From: Paraphysomonas bandaiensis | Taxonomy: Eukaryota; Protista; Chrysophyceae | NCBI GenBank assembly: GCA_965644295.1 | Contig: CBFFRP010000369.1 | Coordinates: 1 to 64,000 of the forward strand | Length of the DNA: 64,000 nt | Reading direction: 5' to 3' | Shown: positions 11,970-24,210 of the stretch, in pieces | How the letters are laid out: the number at the start of each line of letters is the position of its first letter | How positions within the stretch are numbered: the first letter of the stretch is position 1 | Position numbers and translations under genes: made by a program | The notes under the pieces: model-generated | Databases searched by the model: none | What the model saw: only the letters and a program-made list of their open reading frames with translations | Told to the model about the DNA's origin: nothing

Positions 11970-14900
11970 ATGGAATCCTCTAGCACCACCTCATCCCCAG
12001 ATACATGTTTCTCAGTGGTCCAGCAGAAGTCTTTCTCTCCCAGTCGAGTGGCTCTGTGTCCATGTATGGATCTGGTCGCTACTCTATCTATGAATGGTAT
12101 ACTCAGTGTCTATCGCACGTTCTCATGGTAATCTACCGTATAATCGATACGGATACATGAACTGATGGATGGGTTGTGTCAGGGAGCGGGTGTTCACTGA
12201 GCGTGATATTGTTGGGGGCTCTGCATCGGCTCTCTCGTTTTCCCCTTCAGGTATATAACACTCACATTGCTTCTTCTGTTCATTACAAGCGTATTATAGG
12301 AAAGGTTATCGCTGTTGGTTCAGACGATGGAGTGGTGGCTGTTCTGGACTTAGAGACATCTTACCATATGCCTGCCCATCCGTCAGTGCTTTATTGAATT
12401 TTCGCATTAGTTCTTACGTTTCTATATCAGACTGCATGGACTTGCCCAGTCTCCAGTATCTGCCATCGAATGGGTGCAAATTACTCAAACACCATCGGTA
12501 TCAGAGCCCTATGACTTTGACCATGTGAGTCCAACTCGCAGCTATTCAATTCTTGTTTTACAATGGAGGACAGACTTGGCTGCACGGAGGAGTCAACATG
12601 GCTGCTCGAGTTGGCATGCGCGAGTGGGTAGAGGTATGATGTTTCTTAAAATATAGTGTGGTATTGACACTTCATGTTGCTGGATGGCCAGGCAGAGGAG
12701 GCAGAGGGAGAAGTGGGACCGGACGCAGTTTCTCTCAGTGCTCTTCTGCCCAGCATTGCAGGCGCTTTGATGCTGGTTCTCCACCGTGAAACTGGTGTGC
12801 TTGTGGCGTACTCGTGCTGTTTGTTCCCTCTCTTTTCAGGTTCTTATTTTTCTCTTACAGTGGGCTACTTTTTTGATAGTTGTGCAGTGAAAGTCAACAT
12901 TGCTTTTCCTGAACCTAGTTCGATATGGAAAGGAGCTTCTCATTTAGCTCGACATATAGGAGAAACGGAGTGTATATGTATGCTGTCCAGGCTTTATACT
13001 TCACCTGCTTCCTCTGCTTCATCCCTGGAGGTGAGGGATGTGGGCGCTGCTGGGCCTCATACTGGCGTAGAAGTTCGGTTATTGAACGCGCCGGAAATAG
13101 CGGCACACAAGTGGTATGAGCACAAAGCAAGATTGTTGCTTCAGATGCATCGGGATGTAAGGCGCATGGAGAAAGTTATAACAGACTGCGGAAAGAAATG
13201 GAAAGACGCCGCAAAGTACGATTCCCGTTTCATCTATAGTATGTGTGGTAGTTTACTTTTTCGTCGCTGTATTGCAGAGTAATACCCGCCAAGATGACTC
13301 TGCTCAAATCAATACTGAATGGTTATGAGGTCGAACATACTCCGGTTGAATTTTTGTATTCAGTAGCTTTGTGTGGACATTGGCATCCAGCAGCCCAGGT
13401 AAAACCTTTCTCTACAGCGAAAATTGTAGCTGAACATCCATGTAGGCTGCCTTTAGTACCAATTGGAATGAACAAGGGCTACAGCGGCTGCGATCATCTA
13501 TTGACGCCGCATCGAAAGATGTCCTCAAACTGCTTCACCTCAACCTATACCCTACGATTGTCAACTTTATTCTGCGTTGTCGGTGAGGGTGGTATATTTA
13601 TAGTGTTTGTTTTTTACATTGAAGACAACAATTGCAGTGAGATGGTGGCATTGCTCTCTGTGGAGCTACAGAGAAATCCTCGCGACCAAGTGAAGCAGAG
13701 ATCTAGAGAGCTTCAGACGCTCATTTTTAGCTCCGAGGCCCTTCTTTATAAGGTTAGAAACTCTTAGTCTTGTATTTTCTGATGTTATGGTCCTGCTAGT
13801 TCGATGAGACCCTGAACGAAGCACATGTTGCAACGAGAGCGATGAAGCTCTTTCTCCAGGTACAGATAGCTGAGTGGAAGAAAGCTAAATATAATCTGTT
13901 CGCAGTTTGTGAAGACCAACATGGCAATTGCAGCTGCTGGGGACAGTAGCGCCACACGGGCTCAGGCAGACCCCAACCCTAAGTATGTTTCAATAGTTCT
14001 CAACCCACCGTTGCACTGTTTATTTTTTTATTGCACAGGAAAGCCTACCTTCCACTCTTCGACCCTCGTGTACCTAGAGCTGAGGGAGTACCAGCACAGG
14101 CGGAGCATGTATGCGCGACTCACTTATATGCATACTTCCTGGTGCGGGTGGCCTTAACTGATCTCCTCTAGCTATACTGATGTGTGTTTCAGGATGATCC
14201 TATCCCTGATGCAGTTGTTGAGCACAGGAGAGGAACAAATGGATTTTATACGGAGGACCCCCCCCCGCATATTAACCATTCAGACACTATCCGCGAGATA
14301 CTGAAGGTACACTTGTTATGGTCGATTACGATAACGTTGTAACTGCGCTCGCGTTAACGGTGATGCTATTTTTTTCAGCTCTCGGAGTCAGGGGTGCTTT
14401 TCGAGGGTATTTCAACGATTGAACCTCTTCCAAGTGATGACAAGCTTGCCCAGGTTTCATTGCTTACCCAGTTTAAGGTACTCAATCAAATTTTTGCAAA
14501 GTGAAGCTAAATTCCCGTTAGAGTGTGAAGACTCTTTTCGAGAGCTTCTTTCAAAACAACCAGTACAATGCGGTCTTAAACCTAGAGCCAAGTGAGCTGC
14601 GATCGAGCGTTAAGATTAATTTATTAACGGAACCGGGAAATGCCGGGTGTCTTGCGGAAGATGTGGCCAGTATTAGCGGTACGTCCATTACTGTGCAAGG
14701 CGGCAATGTGGGGGATGATAGAGATGGATCTTCGAGATCTATCTTCATAGATCACGGTCAAGTGTTTTCATTGTTACTTGGTAAAGACACTGGAAGTCTC
14801 TGCCAGTGCAATGGTGGTGCTGCAGACTGCGGTATTCTTGTGCTATGGCGACAAAATAAGATCGGAACGGACTGTGCAGAGTGGTATGCTGCCTGCATCC

Positions 14901-15415
14901 GACCTGCACAGTTGCCACAGAATTTCTGTCTGCATAACACGCTCTCAATGCGCCTCTACGTCAGTACTATGCATGAAGGCCATGGCAACACAAGGGCATC
15001 CGTAATGCTTATAGTTAGATCAGCAGCCGGAGATAGCTGCTGTTTACTTAAATTGAACCTATTGGATCTACAATACTGTGTAATCACACATAGTGTAAAT
15101 GAGTCATCCTCTGGTAGTGTAGACACCGTATCAGTTAATGTGGATAGTATACGATATATAGGTCATTCTAGTGTAGAAGTGAAATCTCGAATTTTGAACT
15201 GTTCAGGAGCAGTCATTGACCTCATCAGTTCGGCGCTTCGTGGGGTGTCGTGTTTACTTATGTCTGGAAGTGTGGATGCATCTCATAGCCGAATGGGTTT
15301 GGCAGAATCAATGGTTCTTTTGGATATGGAGGAGGATGAGTGCGATGATGAATCTGATGAGGATGAATCGGGCGGTGAAGAATCTGGAAGTGACGATGGA
15401 ACCATGGTTATATGA
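11970..15415 (+). CDS. ANAPC4: Anaphase-promoting complex subunit 4 (multi-exon)
   Basis: N-terminal CPCMDLVATLSMNGILSVYRTFSW and GKVIAVGSDDGVVAVLDLE match the ANAPC4 WD40 region. Helical middle exons follow, and the C-terminus ends RGVSCLL...LLDMEEDE. Many short GT-AG introns. Confidence 0.75.
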
Positions 15416-16091
15416 TAAGAAGTTATTGTATTTGATTTCTTTGATGGGAAGCCAAGTAGGTAGCTATTATGTTTTCTGATATTTATAGATGCATGCAATG
15501 TAATAACTGGTGTAATGCGCTCTATCAATAAACTCCTCATTGTCTAAACCATGGCTTGCAATGGTTTGAGTTTTGAGTATTCCATGTAACTTGTAAAGCC
15601 TTACCAGTGCGTATCAATAACACGTACACGGGAGATCTATCTAAACCTATCTAAAGGCTAATAGTGTGCGCACGTGCCTTCGAATGCCACCCTCAACTAA
15701 TTTCTGGTGTTGAAGTTTCGCACTGATATATATGAAATTCTATCTTTGCGTTGTAAAATATTGACCTATACCCTCTTTGTCTTAAAAATGTGTTTATCTT
15801 CCCATATTCGTAGTAGTGAATGTCCTATTATTAGCAGGGCCAGGTAAGAATATATTGGATAGCAATATAAACATTGCAGTTATTTGTTTTGCTTGCTACA
15901 ACATTTTGCTCATGCAATTGTGTACTTTGAAAATAGATTTGATTAATCATAAATAACTGTATACAGCCATATCATTGCAATAATTACATGTGGCAAGCAA
16001 TGCAACAGCTGATCAAAACTTGTACCGTAGCAGAATATTGGTGAACATGATACTTAAACTTACGACGGTTTAAATTTAACTAGCAGGCACT

Positions 16092-18399
16092 CTACGCATT
16101 ACTTGGCTTCTCCACTACGTTGGGAACAGGAAAACAAGCACTATGCGTTCTATCCAATACTACATAGTACGCCTTATCCACCACGGCATCCATGTTCTCT
16201 GCCTTCTTCTGCTGCAATGTTTGTACTCTGCGCATGCAGCAGATCGACAGCGCTACAGAAGCCTACAAATAAAATGAATGATTAGAGGACGCATGGAGTA
16301 GACATCAGAAATACCTTTAGTAGTGACGATGCAGACTCTATCAGCTGATTGTTCCTCAATATTGTAATAGGGCGCATTGACGGGGAACCAGATATCATCT
16401 CCTGGGCAACGTACTTCACCCTCTCCACCACATCCTTTATATTCTTGAAGTGCAATAGCGCGTTCTGGACGTTCTGTTCAGCCGTCCGTTCAGCCAGCTG
16501 CGATCTTGTCTTCAAGAAATCGGAATGAGGTAACGGGGGTGGGTTATGAATCCATTGAAAAGCCTTATACCGACAAACGAAGCGAAAGCCTGCCGATGCG
16601 AAGGAATTATCCTCTAAAGAATGAACCACTCCGCTGTCGAGGAGCTCTAAATGGACTTGGAACAACCCTTTCACCACCTGGGATCTAGCCGTGATTGCAA
16701 CTTCCTCCACGCTAACGGGCAGAGGAGGTGGGGGTTGTTGCTGCAACACTTTCTTCGCTTCCTTCAAAGCTTTACTACTTTGCTTACTCTTCTTCGAATT
16801 TTTCCCCTTAGAAAGTGTTTTAAGGGTTTCCTCAGCTTCAGCTTTATGTGATTCATACAAAGCTATCCGCATCTGGTGCCGTAGCTCGCGCATCTTTTTC
16901 ACAGCCCACATCTGACTAGATAGAATATAGTCCCAGTACCAATAGAAAGAGCAAATCTCGGAAGGTGCCAAGAGGTCCATTTCCATCTGAACTGATAGAT
17001 AAGTGTCCATTAAACCGGTAACGAGAGCCATTGCCCAATAAGTAAACCATTGCTGTGTAGGCTGTCCCTCTCCAGCTGACAACGCATCTCTGACAGAGGC
17101 ATCTATGGCCGCTGCGTCATTCATTACTCCTCCCCACCTCTCGAATACTGCTTCCAATCTCCCACCCAGCCTCGTGCGGTGAACAGAAAAAGGCCTCATT
17201 GTATCCCACAAATGTCCTCCTAGTATAGCCGCCCACTGGTGACAGAGGTCAGACTGGGTCAAAGAAATTGGAATCCCTCGGTTGACCATAGAGGCGAGAA
17301 CAAGTTCAGGAAGCAAGGGCCGCAAGCCATGCAGTAAAGCCCACACCACTGATCGCGGCAGTACTGTTGCTCCAGAGAGTGAAAGTGTAGACATGTAGCT
17401 GAGCAAGGCATCCGCATCTAATTCCGACGTGCTCACCACATCTCGGAGGGAGGCACATAGTACTTCGATGCGACCACACTCATCGGCCATAAACGAAACA
17501 CTTTCCGCATAGGAACGCATCGAAAAGGTGCGAGCTGGGGCATTCTGTTTTATTTTAAGAATATCAGGCTGAAACGCACTGTCTATGACTCCTTCAGTGC
17601 AGGAACATGACTGGAGAACATTTTTCAGAGCCTCCAGTGAACGTTTCGCCCGCTTGGCCTCCTCACAAACACGAGACACGCGACCGGCCATGCCAGGGAT
17701 ATCACACATTTCCAGACTGGTTTTAGCGCTTTTTACTGACTCCCTGGTCTCGGTGGCAATGACATCCAATAGATTATGGAGACATTCTCTTGTCTTGAGT
17801 ATAGCAGCCACCTCCTCAGACAGGTTTGCACTCTCTCTGGATATGACCTCGCAAAGAGACTCCAATGCAGCTGAGGATTCTATTTCTGACTCGTTAGCAG
17901 AGGGTATGGAGGTGTGATGGAAATCATCATCCTCAAAAATGTCAGCTGTCAAGACGGCATCACGAAGAAGCCTTGCGCTCACCACCAAGTCCTTGCAGTA
18001 AACTGTTAACACATTGGCACATCCTTCACAGCCAGACAACACTTTCCATGCCTGAGGCCATACATACACACATTGATTAATACTCTCCAACAGAGCCGCC
18101 CCATCAAAATAAGCCGCCTCGTAGACAATCATCTGTCTGAGAATAGAGGAGAGAGCGGCTGCATCGATATCAGAGGACACGTGAGAGACTATCAGATCAT
18201 CGAAGTCACTGCACTTCACTCCAAAGCATGGATCCATTTTCGGGTCAAGTATCTCAACAGCAGACATGGAGTCAAACAGAGAGAAGGAGGAGGAGGTCAG
18301 CATAGGGGTGTCATTATCCAGCCCTTCGGCCACTCGCCTGCAAAGCTCTGTGATGTCCTCCAGCTCAACTTTCTGTTGCTGGTGATTATCCGTATCCAT
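16092..18399 (-). CDS. NAA35: NatC auxiliary subunit Mak10/NAA35 (one short intron near the 3' end)
   Basis: FSLFDSMSAVEILDPKMD, DIFEDDDF, EICSFYWYWDYIL and RYKAFQWIHNPPPL are Mak10 signatures. The last exon ends at TAG 16092-16094. Confidence 0.9.
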
Positions 18400-18485
18400 T
18401 GTATGGGGATAGTGGTGGACTCAGAGATATAAAGTTAAATATATAACAATACATTGATGGCATCTCTGTGCTGTACTCGTATGGT

Positions 18486-19139
18486 GTATGTATGTATGTA
18501 TGTATGTATGTATGTATGTATGTATGTATGTATGTATGTATGTATGTATGTATGTATGTATGTATGTATGTATGTATGTATGTATGTATGTATGTATGTA
18601 TGTATGTATGTATGTATGTATGTATGTATGTATGTATGTATGTATGTATGTATGTATGTATGTATGTATGTATGTATGTATGTATGTATGTATGTATGTA
18701 TGTATGTATGTATGTATGTATGTATGTATGTATGTATGTATGTATGTATGTATGTATGTATGTATGTATGTATGTATGTATGTATGTATGTATGTATGTA
18801 TGTATGTATGTATGTATGTATGTATGTATGTATGTATGTATGTATGTATGTATGTATGTATGTATGTATGTATGTATGTATGTATGTATGTAGGTATGTA
18901 TGTAGGTATGTATGTAGGTATGTATGTATGTATGTATGTATGTATGTATGTATGTATGTATGTATGTATGTATGTATGTATGTATGTATGTATGTATGTA
19001 TGTATGTATGTATGTATGTATGTATGTATGTATGTATGTATGTATGTATGTATGTATGTATGTATGTATGTATGTATGTATGTATGTATGTATGTATGTA
19101 TGTATGTATGTATGTATGTATGTATGTATGTATGTATGT
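18486..19139. repeat. (GTAT)n tetranucleotide array, about 650 bp
   Basis: Near-perfect array with three GTAG variant units spaced 12 bp apart near 18890-18920. Confidence 0.98.
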
Positions 19140-19261
19140 TTGTATACGTACAGTATATAGTGTGATATTGTGTAGGTGTTTGTATGTGTTGTATGTATAT
19201 AGAGGAGTGCTCTATCTTGAACTATAACGACAGCTGCATTACCAGGACCACTATTACAGAC

Positions 19262-22200
19262 ATGTCCACGGAACCCTCAGCTACTTCCTCCTCCACTCCT
19301 TTGAGTGAACCTGCCCAGGAGCTTAAAGCTAGGGGTAACTCCGCATACAGTGAGGGTGATCACGAGGAGGCTGTGAGATGCTTCACTGAGGCGTTGTCTC
19401 TCTGTCCCGACCATGAGATCCTCTTATGCAACAGGAGTATGGCGTATGCAGCTATGAGCGAATGGGATAAATCGATTGAAGATGCTAAGCAGGTGATTGG
19501 CTGGATGGATGTGTTGTGTGGTCTGATAGATGTGTCTGGCTGTGCTCACAGGCTGTGAAGTTAGCCCCAAAGTATGAGAAGGCTTATTTCCGTCTCGTGA
19601 AAGCTCTGGTAACATCTGTATTGTATTTTGATTGTGAATATAATGTGTAGTGTTGAAAATATATACTTCTTAGATTCAAAAGGAGAGATTCAAAGATGCG
19701 AGACTCTATCTGACTATTGGATTCAACGAATGCGGGAATTCAAAACACCTTCGCGTCCTGGAACAGGATATACTGGATGCTACTGGAATTCCAGTGCGCC
19801 CTAAACCACACGATTTTGATACTATTGAGGAGCTCGGAGACGGTAATTTCTCGAAAATATATAAAGCTGAACACAAGCCTACTGGAAAGGTGTACGCTGT
19901 TAAGGTCAGCGAATTAAGCTCCCGTATATTAGGAGTGTCTTATATCTAACTATATAGACAATTGAAAAAATGACTGTGGACCGAATGAAAAGACGCCATA
20001 CAAATATTCATAATGAAATTCTGATAGAGAAAAGGGTACGTCTGGAGTGAGAATGATTCCATAAACTCACTTTTTTTCAGACACTCAACAAACTTGATCA
20101 TCCCAATATAGTAACATTGTACTCTACTTTTCAAGACTATGGTACTTTGTACTATCAGATGGAGTTCTTGAGCGGTGGTGAGGTCTGGAGTCATCTTCAA
20201 GATAGCTACAGTGGATCATCTGTTGGGTGCCCTCTCTCCCTCGCCCGATTTTTCATTGCGGAGGCGATCAACGCACTGGAGTACATGCACAGGTGAGTGC
20301 AAATTTTACCATGGCTCTTTCGTTTAACACTGGCCTCTTATATTTATATAGGCGGGGAATTGTGCATAGAGGTGAACTTTTCCGCCTGGTTACACGTTTT
20401 ATTTTGACGTCATAATTTCTGTTATCGCAGATGTGAAACCCGAGAATATGTTACTCACAGCGGATGGTAAGTTTACTATCCATTATACTTCTTTCTAGTG
20501 CTTCTGATGCTAATATTAGGACATCTGAAGTTTGTAGACTTCGGCACATGCAAAGACCTTTTGCAACCTGATTTAAACGGCCAGGAATTCGTCGGGACGG
20601 CGGAATACATGAGTCCAGAGGTAGTTGAAAGCAAGGATAGCGGACCGGAAACTGACCTGTGGGCCCTAGGCGTGGTACTGTATCAGATGATGACGGGATA
20701 CACCACTTTTTTAGCAGCCAGTCCTTATTTGTCCTTTCTGCGCATCAAGCGTACGTTTATCCGACAGCCGTGTTTTGCGTCTCAGTCTACACAGAGCTTG
20801 ATATCTACTCTAATCCAACGGAACAAGAAAAAGCGACTGCAGAGTGCAGCCGCTCTCACCCAATCTTCGGATGAAAAAGTAATTCTATCATATGACAAGC
20901 TTCGCCAGCACCCCTTTTTTACAGATGCCAAAGACTTTGTGTTTCCTAATCCCTATAAGCCTGCCCCGGCTGTCAGGGTCCCTCGGCTAGGGGAGTTAGC
21001 TCTCAGGGCGGTAGGAATGGCAGCCAAAGTGGCGGCCGAAAAGATATCAGTAAACGGTGGGTCCAGGGTGGGTCTGGATAAGTGGGTACAAGAGTTTTCT
21101 CTCACACGACTACCTGAGCACTCACGGAAAGGAGTTCTGCACTATCTTAATCGCCGTGGGGAAGCCCATGCTCCCGCAGTGTACCGTCTATTCTGGTCTT
21201 CTGTAGTGGATGCGAGGTGCATACGGCCAGACTGGACAGAGAAAGAGATCCTTGGCTTCAATAGACACACTCAGGGCCACTGGGAGAAGGGATTTACGTT
21301 TGCATACGTCACCGATCCCCTCTTTGGTCGAACAGACCCTGTAAAGTGTGAGGCAGAACAGCATAACCTCCGCACCGCCATTTCTGCCATAAACAAATGC
21401 CGACCCAGATTTGTTGTGATAGGTGGAAATTTTACAAGTGCTTCGCCTGATATCGCTGCTGTGGCGTCTGGAAGTGTAGACGCTCACCTTACACAAACAG
21501 AACTGTTTCGTCGGTATATATCTGCTATGCCTTGTATTATCACATCATGCGTATTGTGATGTAGATGTGCCGCGCGTGTATCAGAAACTATTCCAGTCCT
21601 TTTTGTTCCAGGTGACCACGATTGTGCTGAGAATGGTATACCGACCCCAGAGTCTTTGGGTGAGTGTATTTTGTACCGTTGTGTAGTTGTCTCAGTTTCC
21701 TGTATTGGGCAGAACGCTACCGCAGTCGTTATGGCTGCGACCACTTTGGCTTTTGGTATGGCGGTGTCAGGCTACTAGTGATCAACTCAACTTTGATGAT
21801 TCACCCCGAGGTAAGATAGTATAATCATGACTTTGTTTTGCCTGCCTCAACCACTCGCCCTCCTGCGTTATCAGAGGGCTCCGGTACAGGCTGCCTACCA
21901 AGATACTTGGTTGGAGGAAGAATTGGAGCAGTGTAGGATGTGTGCAATGCACGTAGTTGTTTTTTCCCATCATCGGTGGTTTATTGATCATGCTGATGAA
22001 GACAACTGCCAAGACGTTGCTGTAAAGTATGCCTTATTCTTTTGAGTTCTCCCTCTGAGCTTACATTCACTGCAGGGTGATGCCGAAGACACTTCGCGAC
22101 AAGTGGCTTCCAAAGATGCGCCATGTTAAATTGAAGTATGTGTTTGCGGGAGGATGCGTATGTGACCAGAGTGCTGTAATTGCACCCTACCCTAAGAAGA

Positions 22201-22808
22201 TCGCACGGATTCGTGGTGAGACACGATCGGCATCACTTTATTTTATTTCATTCTGCATTACGAATAGATGGCAGTGGGGCGAATCGGGATGAGGACCAAG
22301 TACAGATGACGACTGAAGCACTGTGTGTGAGCGATGTATCTGTCACAGAGGCGAGCCAGGAGTGCGGGTATATGACACCTGGAAAATCTGTATGTGCTTT
22401 TAGTGTTTTGTGTAGTTCTGCGATCTCTGAAGGCGTTGAAAGCCAAGATGATACCGTGGAGCGGGATTGGAAAGAGTTACCGCCGGACATGCCGGAGTAC
22501 AGCGACACTGATTCCGAGAAGGATGGAGATGAAGAGAATAAAGATAAAGACGAGACTGAAGAGGATGACAATGTATGTGTATGATTGTGTGCTATTCCGG
22601 ACTCAATTAATGTCTACTGCTACAGGGTCTCTTCAGCCCCGACACCACTTACAACGGTCCAGAATTAGTGATAACGGCCCCCATTGGAACAGCGTCGACC
22701 GACTCTGGAGTTCAAGTGTTTCGTCTGATAGATGTGGTAAATGAGGAGTGTATGCAGCAACGTGCATTCTCGATTGATTCAATTCCAACTAAATTGGATA
22801 GAACGTAG
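19262..22808 (+). CDS. TPR + PDK1-like AGC kinase + CPPED1-like calcineurin-type metallophosphoesterase fusion (multi-exon)
   Basis: Spliced translation gives TPR (ELKARGNSAY...NRSMAY...KYEKAYFR), kinase (LGDGNFSKIY, YAVK, HRDVKPEN, DFGTCK, FVGTAEYMSPE, DLWALG) and CPPED1-like blocks (FAYVTDPLFG, PRFVVIGGN, LFVPGDHD, FGFWYGGVRLLVINS, QDTWLEEEL, VVFSHH). Kinase and phosphoesterase are joined inside the single ORF 20498-21559. Confidence 0.88.
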
Positions 22809-22961
22809 AGTAACTAATATCTGGCGGTTCAGTGTTTAGCAACAGTTCTTACTCATACAGACTATTCGTATATACATGTTTATACAGTAGTAAGTATATT
22901 CTCTTACACTCTAGAAGTAAAGCTATGACAACAAAGCCTATTACCTGGAATAGTCATTGGT

Positions 22962-23245
22962 ACAAACGTATAGCATATCTATATTAGGATTTGAGATTTG
23001 ACATTAGAATGGATAAGACTTAGTAACTGAACGTTGAACTCACTCAATAATCAACTAGATAATTAGAAGCAACATCTATTATCATTCATTGTAATTCACT
23101 GAAACAAACGTATAGCATATCTATATTAGGATTTGAGATTTGACATTAGAATGGATAAGACTTAGTAACTGAACGTTGAACTCACTCAATAATCAACTAG
23201 AAAATTAGAAGCAACATCATTCATCATTCATTGTAATTTACTGAA
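22962..23245. repeat. Tandem direct duplication, 2 x 142 bp
   Basis: ACAAACGTATAGCATATC...CTGAA starts at 22962 and again at 23104, with only a few differences. Confidence 0.95.
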
Positions 23246-24210
23246 TACATATACTTTCAATACTACCAATCAATAATAGCTATTATCATACATAATCTTA
23301 TGCAGTCAATATAATTCAGTTTAGCTGAGCTACTTCATAGCACATCATCAAAATCATATATAACTGAATGCAAATATTAAGATTAATAGTAGGCGATTTA
23401 AATTGGGATCTTTAGACACTGTGTATCGCTGTATATTAATCAAATATAGTATTCTATATTGGAGAGATAGTTAGGTTGTGGTGTTGTATTAATGAGATTG
23501 CAGCAACATCAATATAATATTTCTCTATAAGTAATATCATTAACAGATACTATATTTTCAGTTTCTTTGCATGTTCCTGATGCTGTTGTAGTTTTGTAGA
23601 CTTTGTATTTGTATTTTCATTTAATAATATACAGGATAATAGCTTCTAGCGATAAACATCAACAGGCTACAAATACGTACGTAGGTGTAGGTTGTAGGTA
23701 ATGAAATGCGGTATTCTTCAAGTAACGACTACTATTCAATGAGAAACACAGCTTTTAATTGCATACCAATATGTAAAGCTCAACAATCTAGTGCAGTCCT
23801 CCTTTTCCACTTCTCAACTACTGCGTGGATGGATATATCAGCAAACATGCTGAATAGAGATTTTGTGCCAAAGTTGTTCAGCTGTTGAATGCAGACAGAA
23901 TTCTGCTACAGCAGGATTAGCGCTGGCATATCACGGCTTTGAATTTGAAAGAGCTTGAAACTATTCCTATTACTTAGCGGTTTCATAGTAAAATGTCGAC
24001 ATAATAAATTTTCTTTGATTGGAGAGATGTAGTATTTAAATTGTTATATATCTCAAAGCGCTTCGTCCCTTTTTCCGCTCATATCTCCTAGAAAACTTAA
24101 CTGACGAAGATGATACAGAAGACTATGATGAAAGTGCTACTATTCCTTATTTACATTGCCTGTGTGCCCATGATGGAGGACAAACATCAGACTTTCATTG
24201 TAATTAATGG

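Noticed and set aside
18486-19139. CRISPR array or telomeric repeat
   Set aside because: No spacers or cas genes; the 4-bp unit is interstitial and lacks the G-runs of telomeric repeats.
18454-19227. MYVC/HTYI-repeat ORFs (also 27621-28337 and 59032-59435)
   Set aside because: They are translations of stop-free tetranucleotide microsatellites, open in several frames, with no sign of real coding.
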